DNA of 64,000 nucleotides from Poseidonia sp. (GCA_965661285.1 CBFIDD010000001.1:224001-288000), one strand, 5' to 3'; shown: positions 38,847 through 46,827, numbered from the stretch's first letter. Numbers and translations: made by a program. The notes: a model not told the origin generated them from the sequence alone.

Positions 38847-39394
38847 CAGATGCACCTCGGATGATAGAGCGGGACAACCCTGAAGATTCTCTTGGTTTGC
38901 CTCTCAAGTCTGCTGTACGCCTCAGCCTTGCACACACCGCCTGACGTAGCCGACTTGGCCGTGTCGTAGATGGTATCACCGTGCAAGGTGATGATGTGAG
39001 CCGTGCACAACTTCCCCGAAGGTTGCGGGTCGGAAGGCGGGTCCTTGGAGTAGAAGCAGAGGAAGAAGAGGTCGTCGTAGGTCACCAATTCGTCCACGAA
39101 GTATTCCAGTCTCCTGACATCGTTGTTGCAATAGGCCAACTGCATCCCGTAGGGCTTTAGCGCCTCCGACCATGTGTGGGGTGCCTGTGAATTGGTCACC
39201 GCCTTGAAGTCCTCTGGCGTGGTGTTCGCTCCCGTGGCGTTGGCCACCATCGACAGCGTCGTGGCGACGCACGAAGGACCGACCTGCTTGATGTGCTCAA
39301 TGGTCACGTCGCCAAAGAAGGGGCCGTGGGGTTCGCCGTGTCTCTCGCTGTACCACAATGGTGCGGAGGGGTTCGGTCTCCAAGTGACGGTCAT
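38846..39394 (-). CDS. Peptidase C39-like (papain-fold) protein
   Basis: QVGPSCVATTLSMV (Q-x4-C), AHIITL (His), IYDT (Asp); GGAGG SD and ATGA overlap; 9/9 Arg codons AGR. Confidence 0.75.
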   Translation of the reverse strand: MTVTWRPNPSAPLWYSERHGEPHGPFFGDVTIEHIKQVGPSCVATTLSMVANATGANTTPEDFKAVTNSQAPHTWSEALKPYGMQLAYCNNDVRRLEYFVDELVTYDDLFFLCFYSKDPPSDPQPSGKLCTAHIITLHGDTIYDTAKSATSGGVCKAEAYSRLERQTKRIFRVVPLYHPRCI

Positions 39395-39618
39395 TCCCAT
39401 TCCTCCCTGAAAGCGTCGTCGAACTCTTGCCACTGCTTTTCGTCGTCGGGCAAGGGTTGTTCGGTCAGGGCTTTCATGATGCAATCTGGGCACGAGCACG
39501 GTCTCTCGATGTACTCGCTCATGTCTTGCACCCTCAGTTTGGTCAACTCGTTCTGGAGCCTGAAAAACTCCATCACCAGCATCATCAGTTTCGTCCATTC
39601 GTTCTCATTTTTCTTCAT
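39391..39618 (-). CDS. Small protein with CxCxxC motif
   Basis: AAGGAG SD; stop overlaps next start; 4/4 Arg codons AGR. Confidence 0.7.
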   Translation of the reverse strand: MKKNENEWTKLMMLVMEFFRLQNELTKLRVQDMSEYIERPCSCPDCIMKALTEQPLPDDEKQWQEFDDAFREEWE

Positions 39619-39634
39619 CTTTTCATCTCCTTGT

Positions 39635-40456
39635 TCATTGATACTCAAAATCCTCGGGTCTTCCACCCGGCCATTCCCTCTCCATCTCTTCCACATACGC
39701 CTGCCTGTTCTGCGCCTCCTCGTACTGCATCACCCAGATGTGCTGGTCCTCCAAACAGAGGTGAATGAGCGACAAGAGGTTGGAAGGAAAGGTGCCCTCC
39801 AGGTGGTCGATGCAAAAATACTGGTCGTGGGTGTAGACCGTGGTTTGGCCCCCGTATTCGGGAATGTGTTCGGGGCAGGTCCAGTACTCGCCCAGCGAGT
39901 GAGCGACGTTGTTGGCGTACATGTAAGGGGGCGGCGCCCACTTCCACGCCATCGGTTTTGACGCAGCGGCCTTCTTCCTTGCCTGGTATGCGACAAAGGT
40001 CCCGGGCGCACCCCACTTCTCGAGGTCAAGACAGAAATCAAAGGCAAATTCGTGCCCGTTCTTCCCCTGAACGGTGATGGTGTAGCCGTCCATGGAAACG
40101 GTAGGATGGTCATGCACCGTCTCCGCTAAGGCAAGCCAGTGCTCTCTTTGCACCCAATCCTCGTGCGTGTCGATTTCAGGCATCAGGAAATGAAGCCCGA
40201 TGTCCATTGAGGTCAAGCACAACTCCCAGCTGGGCCATGTGTCCCACCTCGTCTTGTTCGCGATGTTGTGCTGGTTGTAGGCCGCAAAGATGCCAAAGAA
40301 GGCTGCAGGCTCGTCCAAGTTGGCGTTATGGTCAATCAGTTCGTCGGGATGGGTGTAGCCGTTGGCCACAAACCACTCCCCTTCTCTGCCAACCACGAAG
40401 GTATCGGGCTTGGCGTGGTGGTTCTTCTCGTTGTTCTGTTCATGTTCGTTGTTCAT
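39635..40456 (-). CDS. Hypothetical protein
   Basis: CAGGAG SD just downstream of tRNA-Arg(GCG); 7/7 Arg codons AGR. Confidence 0.75.
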   Translation of the reverse strand: MNNEHEQNNEKNHHAKPDTFVVGREGEWFVANGYTHPDELIDHNANLDEPAAFFGIFAAYNQHNIANKTRWDTWPSWELCLTSMDIGLHFLMPEIDTHEDWVQREHWLALAETVHDHPTVSMDGYTITVQGKNGHEFAFDFCLDLEKWGAPGTFVAYQARKKAAASKPMAWKWAPPPYMYANNVAHSLGEYWTCPEHIPEYGGQTTVYTHDQYFCIDHLEGTFPSNLLSLIHLCLEDQHIWVMQYEEAQNRQAYVEEMEREWPGGRPEDFEYQ

Positions 40457-40501
40457 AGGTCTCGCTCCTGTGTTGCGTTTATGCACCGCCGTGCGTCGAA
40501 T

Positions 40502-40576
40502 TGGCTGGGGCACCGGGATTCGAACCCGGGTCAAAGGTCTCGCAAACCAATATGCTCTCCACTACACCATGCCCCA
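40502..40576 (-). tRNA. tRNA-Arg(GCG), CCA encoded, two U-U mismatches in anticodon stem
   Basis: TGGGGCA/TGCCCCA acceptor, loop TT-GCG-AG, T-arm CCGGG-TTCGAAT-CCCGG, A20, G73, CCA. Confidence 0.85.
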
Positions 40577-40588
40577 ATGGTCGGGAAC

Positions 40589-40663
40589 TGGCAGAGGCAC
40601 CCGGATTCGAACCGGGGTCCAGGGATCCGAAGCCCCTGATGCTATCCGCTACACCATGCCTCC
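40589..40663 (-). tRNA. tRNA-Arg(TCG), CCA encoded
   Basis: GGAGGCA/TGCCTCT acceptor, AGGGG-CTTCGGA-TCCCT anticodon arm, canonical T-arm, A20, G73, CCA. Confidence 0.92.
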
Positions 40664-40666
40664 TTG

Positions 40667-40812
40667 CAGTTCCCAACGAAACGGCGGTTGCACTCAGGGT
40701 GTCAAACGCCGGTTCGCTTGTGCCGTGAATCGTTGGATCAACGGCGATGTCGGGAGGGTCGCTTGGTGTCATTTCGGACGCTGTTGTGTTCATCCATCAT
40801 GCTCGACCCTCC
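40667..40812 (-). promoter_or_regulatory. Putative attenuator-like structured leader
   Basis: Alternative helices 40736-45:40722-31, 40722-37:40671-85 and 40667-77:40580-90; SD 40804-12 complementary to 40753-61. Confidence 0.6.
40738..40800 (-). CDS. Putative Arg-sensing leader peptide MMDEHNSVRNDTKRPSRHRR
   Basis: GGAGG 7 nt before ATG; Arg codons CGA, CGA, CGA, CGC, CGT, four of them in the last 7 codons. Confidence 0.7.
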   Translation of the reverse strand: MMDEHNSVRNDTKRPSRHRR

Positions 40813-40839
40813 GGAGTAAAGTGTGGAATGGGCATCAAA

Positions 40840-40847
40840 TATTTAAA
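40840..40847 (-). promoter_or_regulatory. TATA box of the leader/tRNA-Arg operon
   Basis: TTTAAATA on the minus strand, ~28 nt upstream of the leader SD. Confidence 0.65.
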
Positions 40848-40997
40848 CCTTTGTGCTACTTTTCATATACTCATCCCACATGAACGCATCATATTTTCCC
40901 AAATCCTCCCCCCAGAACGAGGAAAAGACGCGCAAAAACGCTTGTAACCGACAATGAAGGGTGTATCATTATAACCTCAACGGCCCGAGGTTCGTTC

Positions 40998-43691
40998 ATG
41001 ACAACTGGAATGTCACCCCGAAACATGCTGATTGCCGGAATCGTCTTGGTTCTGCTGAACGTTGCTGCGCTTGCTCCATTGGCCACCGGTGCCGTTGAAG
41101 ACGTGGTGGACGAAACCTTCGAAGATTACTCCAAGGACGCCGTCTGCGCCAACGATGACTGTACCGAAGCCGAGGAAGACTGGGCTTCGTCCACGGCCCA
41201 GCGCGACTACTACGCGTGGGACGTCACCAACCTCGCTGAGGTCATGGGCGGTGCGGCACCGATCACCGAAAAGGTCGGACCCTTCACCTACGACATCACC
41301 ACCACCCGCACCATCAACAACTACGATGCAAATGCCGGTGAATTGACCTACAACGCCGTGAAGACCTTCGAGTGCGCTGCCGACAGCGCCGTCTCCTGCG
41401 ACACCGAGGTCACCCAACTCAACATCCTCTTCCAGGCCCAAGTGATCGGTGCGACCGGTATGGCCATGGGCGGCATCATGGACTTGACCAAGGTCGGGTT
41501 CGCCGTTCAAATGGTCCTTCAGGACATGAACACCACGCAGGCCGGCACCGCCAGTGTGGGCGACATGTGCATGGCCGACATGAACGGCGACGGAACGCCC
41601 GATGCGATTCCATGCCACTCTTGGGCCAACGGTGGACAAGCTGCACTCGCAGTGTCCGAAACCGGCATGGGCATCAAGATGATGAACAACGATGACACTC
41701 TCAACACCACCATGGATTCGGGTGATGCCTTTTCCGAGGGCAGCCTCGACGCCGCCATGACCGGCACGTCCCACCCAGCCGACCCGAACTTCAACATCTC
41801 GTTGATGACGCCGCTCGGCTCTGTGGCCTTCATGGGCCTGGGCGCACCAGAGACGCTAATCTCTGACGTGTTCGCTGACCCTTCCAATTCCACCGTGATG
41901 GCACGAGCCACCACCTATGGCTATCTTGCGATGGCCGACGCCACCACGCCCGACTTCTACACGACCTTTGTTCGAGACTGGGCCATGTACGCAACGGTGG
42001 GTGCCAGTTTCCAGGCTTACGGCGGCGGCAGCGACGCCAACCTCACGAACAACGACGACCTTGCCATGCGACTCCACAACCTTGTCGGCGTCGACATGAC
42101 CGGCGTGAACGCCGTTGGCCTGATGACCGCTGGCCACATGACCGACACCCCAACGGGGATTGTCGCCACCAACGCTGAGGGCACATCCTTCGGCATGGCC
42201 GCTTTCCTCGGCATGGAAGCCGGTGACGTGATGACCTCCTACAACATGACCGCAGAGCAGTACGGCGCTGTAGCAAGTTGGGTCGGAGGATGGGCCACCT
42301 CCCAATCATCTGCACAACTCGGCCTCCTTGGCGGCGTGGGCACCATGAACGCAGAACAATTTGTGAACCAAACCTTCGGAGGCATGAGCCCCGTTGGCGA
42401 CCCCTACCTCGAGCGCTCACTGAACCTCGGCGGCGCCTGGAGCAGCCTGTACGGCAACGAACCGGTTGACTTGACACAGGAACAATCCGCCAAGATCCTC
42501 TACGACCCCATGATTGGACTGACCACGCGAGGCGGTGCAACCCTGTTCATTTACGGCGAGTTGGCCGGCATGACCCCGCCGATTGACTTCACCACGATGG
42601 AATCCGGCACCCCTATGGTCTGGGACGCAGCCACCATCGGCGCCCTCTACGGCATCGACACCAACGCTGCCACCGCCCTGCGAGCCCTCATCATGGGACC
42701 CATCTACGGCACGACGGATGATTCGTTCGTGCCCGACTACCTCATGTCCACGTTTGGCACGACGCCCTACCTCACGCAATCCTTCAACAACTGGCTCATC
42801 GGCTGGCACGACCCCGTCAACGCCTTCCTCGCCACGGGCAACCCGATGGACATGAGCGTCGGGTGGTCATCGCTTGAAAGCAACGCCACCTACTTTGGTT
42901 CGGGCGGCATCGCTAACGGCGACGGCACCAACTACACGATGTGTACGGGTGAAGTGGCCGGATGCGACAAGGGCGAAACCCTGGCTGAAGACGGTTCAAC
43001 GCAACTTTCGTGGCGCAACGACGCCATGATGGCCGCCACCTACGGCCTCATCATGCCCGAGCCCCTCGTCGGCACCACCGGTGGCTTCCTAACCGGCACC
43101 GAGGACAAGGTTGACGTCAGCGGCTACGTGATTGCGGACGTTGAGCGAACCGGCGACAGCACGCTGAAGGGTATCCCCGTCTATGACTACGAAGCCAAGC
43201 AGGACGCACCCGGACGGAGCATCCAAGCCAACCTCATGGAGACCTTCAGTCTGCTCGACGCCACCCCCGGCGCCCTCCCCGTGTACTTCTCCACGGAGAT
43301 CACCATGCAGGCTGAACAACTCTCCGGCCTCATCATCGCTGGCTCCTCGACCAACACCTTCTACCTTGACAACCGTGCACACACGGACCAAGCCAGCACG
43401 CCAACGATGGACGACCTAGATCCCGTGTTCGAGATTCAGTCCTCCTCGATGATCGAAGACGACGACGCAGAAGAGATGGAAAGCGCCATCGTGCAAAACC
43501 AAAACAGTTTGACCTATTGGACGAACTTTGACTCGTGGATTGACTTCGTCACCCTCCTGTTCTGGGTCGGTGGCATCGCCATGATCGGTATCGGCATGGT
43601 TGGCGCAGCCAACACACCCGCCGAGGACGAAGGCAAGGACTTCTCAGCCTCTGCTGGGGACGAAGCTGCTCCAGAAACTGTTCAAGAGTAG
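40998..43691 (+). CDS. CD36/scavenger-receptor-class-B-like membrane protein
   Basis: TM helices at both termini; WDVTNLAEVMGGAAPITEKVGPFTY, WLIGWHDP, KGIPVYDY resemble CD36-family blocks. Confidence 0.65.
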   Translation: MTTGMSPRNMLIAGIVLVLLNVAALAPLATGAVEDVVDETFEDYSKDAVCANDDCTEAEEDWASSTAQRDYYAWDVTNLAEVMGGAAPITEKVGPFTYDITTTRTINNYDANAGELTYNAVKTFECAADSAVSCDTEVTQLNILFQAQVIGATGMAMGGIMDLTKVGFAVQMVLQDMNTTQAGTASVGDMCMADMNGDGTPDAIPCHSWANGGQAALAVSETGMGIKMMNNDDTLNTTMDSGDAFSEGSLDAAMTGTSHPADPNFNISLMTPLGSVAFMGLGAPETLISDVFADPSNSTVMARATTYGYLAMADATTPDFYTTFVRDWAMYATVGASFQAYGGGSDANLTNNDDLAMRLHNLVGVDMTGVNAVGLMTAGHMTDTPTGIVATNAEGTSFGMAAFLGMEAGDVMTSYNMTAEQYGAVASWVGGWATSQSSAQLGLLGGVGTMNAEQFVNQTFGGMSPVGDPYLERSLNLGGAWSSLYGNEPVDLTQEQSAKILYDPMIGLTTRGGATLFIYGELAGMTPPIDFTTMESGTPMVWDAATIGALYGIDTNAATALRALIMGPIYGTTDDSFVPDYLMSTFGTTPYLTQSFNNWLIGWHDPVNAFLATGNPMDMSVGWSSLESNATYFGSGGIANGDGTNYTMCTGEVAGCDKGETLAEDGSTQLSWRNDAMMAATYGLIMPEPLVGTTGGFLTGTEDKVDVSGYVIADVERTGDSTLKGIPVYDYEAKQDAPGRSIQANLMETFSLLDATPGALPVYFSTEITMQAEQLSGLIIAGSSTNTFYLDNRAHTDQASTPTMDDLDPVFEIQSSSMIEDDDAEEMESAIVQNQNSLTYWTNFDSWIDFVTLLFWVGGIAMIGIGMVGAANTPAEDEGKDFSASAGDEAAPETVQE

Positions 43692-43798
43692 GCCCAATGT
43701 TCGAGAAAAGGTCGCAAAACCGGCCTTTTCCCCCCGACTATAGGGGGAAGAACATATAGGGACTCAAACAACGGTAGCACGAAGAGAACATCTCTTCG

Positions 43799-44965
43799 GT
43801 GAACAGCTTGAGTTGCAAGTTGAACCTCCCCCTCGGCCCTTCGCTGCGCGACCAATCCCTCGAGGCTGACCTCCAAGCCCGTTTGGACGATGGACATCGT
43901 CTCTTCGTCGTGGGCGATGTTCACGGGCACATGGCCACCTTCCGAGCGCTTCTCCATCGACTCAACCTCAAGCCGGAGGACCGTGTGGTGTGCCTGGGCG
44001 ATATGATCGACCGTGGTCCAAACGCTGCGGGCCTTGTGGAGCTGCTGCGAAGCCATCCCCAAGTGATTTGCATCAAGGGCAACCACGAGCAGATGGCGGC
44101 ACAATCGATTCAGGCCGACGGCTCTTTTGAAGCGTGGCAGCCGTGGATGCAGCGGGGTGGTAAGTCGACCTACGCCTCCTACATCGTTCAAGCCGAAGGC
44201 GATTTGTGGCAGGCCAAACGGAACATGGTGGACGATTTCATGTGGCTTGACAACCTCCCAACCCAAATCGTGCTTGACGATGTTCGCTTCGTTCACGCCG
44301 GCTATGACCCACGCATGCCTCTGGACATGCAGGGTGAGAAGGAACTCCTCTGGATTCGCAAGGCTTGGACCCAACACGAAGGTGCCGTTGACCCGGCAAG
44401 GACCGTGTTCTTCGGCCACACGACCACCACCAAACTGGGTGACGCTGCCGGAGAAGTCGCCCGCAGCGCAACCTTGCTGCCCGACGGCCGCCCCTCTTGG
44501 GTTGGTTTGGATGTTGGCGCCTACAATCATGTCTCGCCGGCCCTCGCCGCCATGGACGTGCGAACGCTTCGTGTGGTCATGCAGCCCACCCTGCGATGCG
44601 ACCGATGGTTTGAGCGGATCAACCGGCAAAAAGGAAAGAAGGACGCCCTCTGGAAGGGGGAAGGGAACCTCCGTGAAGCAGAAGTCTCCCTCAGTTTTGG
44701 TCTCAAAGCCTTGGCGACACGGGCAAAGAAGGCTCGGGTCTCCACGCACAGAGCCCAGCGAGAACTCGAAGAGGCGGGCGTGGTGTTTCCGCATTCCCAC
44801 GTGAACCAAACCACAGAGGGTTATCGTATCTTCAAACGGGCGGCGCAACGGGCCAAAGAAGCCTCTCTCCCTCGCGGACCCACCTCGTTTCGCGTGTACC
44901 GAAAGCGAACGATGAACGCCAACACGGCAGCAGAACAACGGCGTCGCCTTTCCGGTGTAAGTTAA
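43799..44965 (+). CDS. Metallophosphoesterase (PrpA/ApaH-like Ser/Thr phosphatase) with basic C-terminal extension
   Basis: GDVHG, GDMIDRG, GNHE, VHAG, FGHT. Confidence 0.88.
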   Translation: MNSLSCKLNLPLGPSLRDQSLEADLQARLDDGHRLFVVGDVHGHMATFRALLHRLNLKPEDRVVCLGDMIDRGPNAAGLVELLRSHPQVICIKGNHEQMAAQSIQADGSFEAWQPWMQRGGKSTYASYIVQAEGDLWQAKRNMVDDFMWLDNLPTQIVLDDVRFVHAGYDPRMPLDMQGEKELLWIRKAWTQHEGAVDPARTVFFGHTTTTKLGDAAGEVARSATLLPDGRPSWVGLDVGAYNHVSPALAAMDVRTLRVVMQPTLRCDRWFERINRQKGKKDALWKGEGNLREAEVSLSFGLKALATRAKKARVSTHRAQRELEEAGVVFPHSHVNQTTEGYRIFKRAAQRAKEASLPRGPTSFRVYRKRTMNANTAAEQRRRLSGVS

Positions 44966-45082
44966 ACACCGAAGTTTCTTTTTACGGAAACTATTTTCCA
45001 CAAATGATTTGATTTCGTCGTTGATGCATCCATGATGCACAGAAAACAACATTAAAGAGGGTGTAACGCATTTTCTTGTTTC

Positions 45083-45253
45083 ATGAAGAACCAATCTGAA
45101 CAAGCCGGTTCCATTCGTGCACTGCAGAAGGCCTACCTCCGTGTGATGGAACAGCGCCATGCGAACGCCTCGATGTTGCGGTGGAGTCTTGACTTCGCTC
45201 GTGCTGAAAAGGAACGCAACTCGGGCTCGGGCGTCACCCTCTACCTGTTGTAG
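45083..45253 (+). CDS. Small hypothetical protein (56 aa, below ORF-track cutoff)
   Basis: MKNQSEQAGSIRALQKAYLRVMEQRH...TLYLL* fills the gap after an AT-rich promoter-like stretch. Confidence 0.45.
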   Translation: MKNQSEQAGSIRALQKAYLRVMEQRHANASMLRWSLDFARAEKERNSGSGVTLYLL

Positions 45254-45295
45254 TGGATGCGCCAACTTTGATGGCCGGCACAACGTGGGTAGAGC

Positions 45296-45910
45296 ATGGA
45301 GCCGCTGGCGTGGGATGTGCTTCTCGCTGCGGGCACCGTGTTTTTCCTCGGCGCCATTTCCCCCGGGCCGAGCCTCATGGTCGTGCTGCGCAACACGATG
45401 ATCGGTGGTCGTCGTCAAGGCGTCATGTGCGCCTTGGGCCACGGTTTAGGCTTCGGCATGTACGCTGGGCTGGCCGTCTTCGGTCTCATCGTCCTGCTCG
45501 AACAAGCCCCGACCGTCTTTACCGGCCTGCAACTGATCGGCTGCGCGTTGCTGGTCTGGTACGGCGTCTCCATGTGGAATGCCAACCACGACGCCCTGTT
45601 CAGCGAAGACACCGGTTCGGGCGCTCAGGGCTTTGCTGAAGGGTTTGCGATTGCGTTTTTCAATCCAAAAATCGCCTTGTTTCTCGTGGCCGTGCTCGCT
45701 CAAGTACTTCAGCCCGACATGAACCTGCTTTCGAAAACCGCCGTTGGCCTGCTCGGCATGACCATCGATGCCCTCTGGTACCTCTTGGTGGCCGTGGTCT
45801 TGACCGGTACACCGTGGCTGGACCGCTTGAAGGACCGAGCCGCCTTCATCCACCGACTGACCGCCCTTGTGCTGTGGGGCTTTGCGGCCAGTGTACTGCT
45901 GAATCTCTGA
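45296..45910 (+). CDS. LysE/RhtB-family translocator
   Basis: ISPGPS, GF...FNPK motifs, ~6 TMs. Confidence 0.9.
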   Translation: MEPLAWDVLLAAGTVFFLGAISPGPSLMVVLRNTMIGGRRQGVMCALGHGLGFGMYAGLAVFGLIVLLEQAPTVFTGLQLIGCALLVWYGVSMWNANHDALFSEDTGSGAQGFAEGFAIAFFNPKIALFLVAVLAQVLQPDMNLLSKTAVGLLGMTIDALWYLLVAVVLTGTPWLDRLKDRAAFIHRLTALVLWGFAASVLLNL

Positions 45911-46825
45911 TCATCGCTGGCACGAGGGGCAGAAAAACGTTGAACGGTTGCTCTGAACGATGCGCCGAACCACACCGCCACAGCCCGCCTTCTCACATGG
46001 CTGGCCTTCTCGGCCGTAAACCGAGAAACGGTGGGCGAAATACCCCAAGGTTCCGTCAACGCTGGCGAAATCGTTGAGCGTCGAGCCACCGGCTTGAATC
46101 GCTTCAGCGATGACGTCTTTGATGTGCCCGACCAGGACCTCCAAGCGTTTGGTCGGCCTGCCGTTCTTTCGGACCAGTCCACCGGCTTCACGGCGAGGTG
46201 AAATCCCGGCGCGATGAAGGGATTCGCAGACGTAGATGTTGCCCACGCCAACCACGGTTTTCTGGTCGAGCAAGGCGAGTTTAATGGCGGTTTTTCGGCC
46301 CTTCAAGCGTTGAGCGAGGTCTTCGGCGCCCCACGGGTCGAACGGTTCGGGACCCAGCGATGCCAGCAGCTTGTGGCCGGCTTCGTCCTCGGCTGGAAAG
46401 AGGTCGATGATACCGAAACGACGAGGGTCGGTGTAGACGGCGCGCGAGCCATCGGTGAAGATGAATTCGAGGTGGTCGTGTTTGCCGCCGTGTCCGGTTT
46501 GGTCGCCAAACGAGGACACGGGAACCCCACCGTTGACCGTCCTCAAGAGGGGTTTCGCAGAGGCCGCTTCCTCGCTGTCAAACAGCGTGTAGCGTCCGCT
46601 CATGCCAAGGTGAGAAAGCAGGACGCGGTCGTCATCAAGGTCGATGAGGAGATACTTGGCCCGTCGGCGAATGTCCACCACGGTGGTCCCTGCGAGGGTG
46701 GGCAAGGCATCGGGGAAGGGATAGCGCAGGCCTTCTCGTCGAATCAGCACGTCGTCGAATGTTTTGTTCAGCATGCCTTGAAGAAGACCTTGACGGACGG
46801 TTTCGACCTCAGGAAGTTCGGGCAA
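45911..46825 (-). CDS. mutM: Formamidopyrimidine-DNA glycosylase
   Basis: MPELPEVE, RRAKYL, HLGMSG, DPRRFG, GVGNIY, C-terminal zinc finger. Confidence 0.95.
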   Translation of the reverse strand: MPELPEVETVRQGLLQGMLNKTFDDVLIRREGLRYPFPDALPTLAGTTVVDIRRRAKYLLIDLDDDRVLLSHLGMSGRYTLFDSEEAASAKPLLRTVNGGVPVSSFGDQTGHGGKHDHLEFIFTDGSRAVYTDPRRFGIIDLFPAEDEAGHKLLASLGPEPFDPWGAEDLAQRLKGRKTAIKLALLDQKTVVGVGNIYVCESLHRAGISPRREAGGLVRKNGRPTKRLEVLVGHIKDVIAEAIQAGGSTLNDFASVDGTLGYFAHRFSVYGREGQPCEKAGCGGVVRRIVQSNRSTFFCPSCQR

Positions 46826-46827
46826 GG

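Larger units (their letters stand above)
26756..40850. mobile_element. Accessory (hypervariable) region made of several cassettes
   Basis: Begins at the duplicated icmF 3' end; AT-rich block ~29100-34400; DNA methyltransferase, hypotheticals and CCA-encoding tRNAs; no integrase seen; right boundary approximate. Confidence 0.65.

Noticed and set aside
40671-40737. Multi-stem junction as a hammerhead ribozyme or c-di-GMP riboswitch
   Set aside because: It lacks the CUGANGA/GAAA core and the GEMM consensus; kept only as part of the attenuator model.
40479-40793. 104-aa minus-strand ORF starting within the leader
   Set aside because: It runs through both tRNA genes, and the SD spacing fits ATG 40800 in a different frame.
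26756-40850. Provirus or integrative element
   Set aside because: No integrase, capsid, terminase or replication gene recognised, and no duplicated tRNA-Arg 3' end found as an att site.
45911-46825. Bacterial-type MutM (and SMUG1 at 15700) in an archaeon
   Set aside because: Ordinary intact repair genes with host-like composition; nothing locally unusual.
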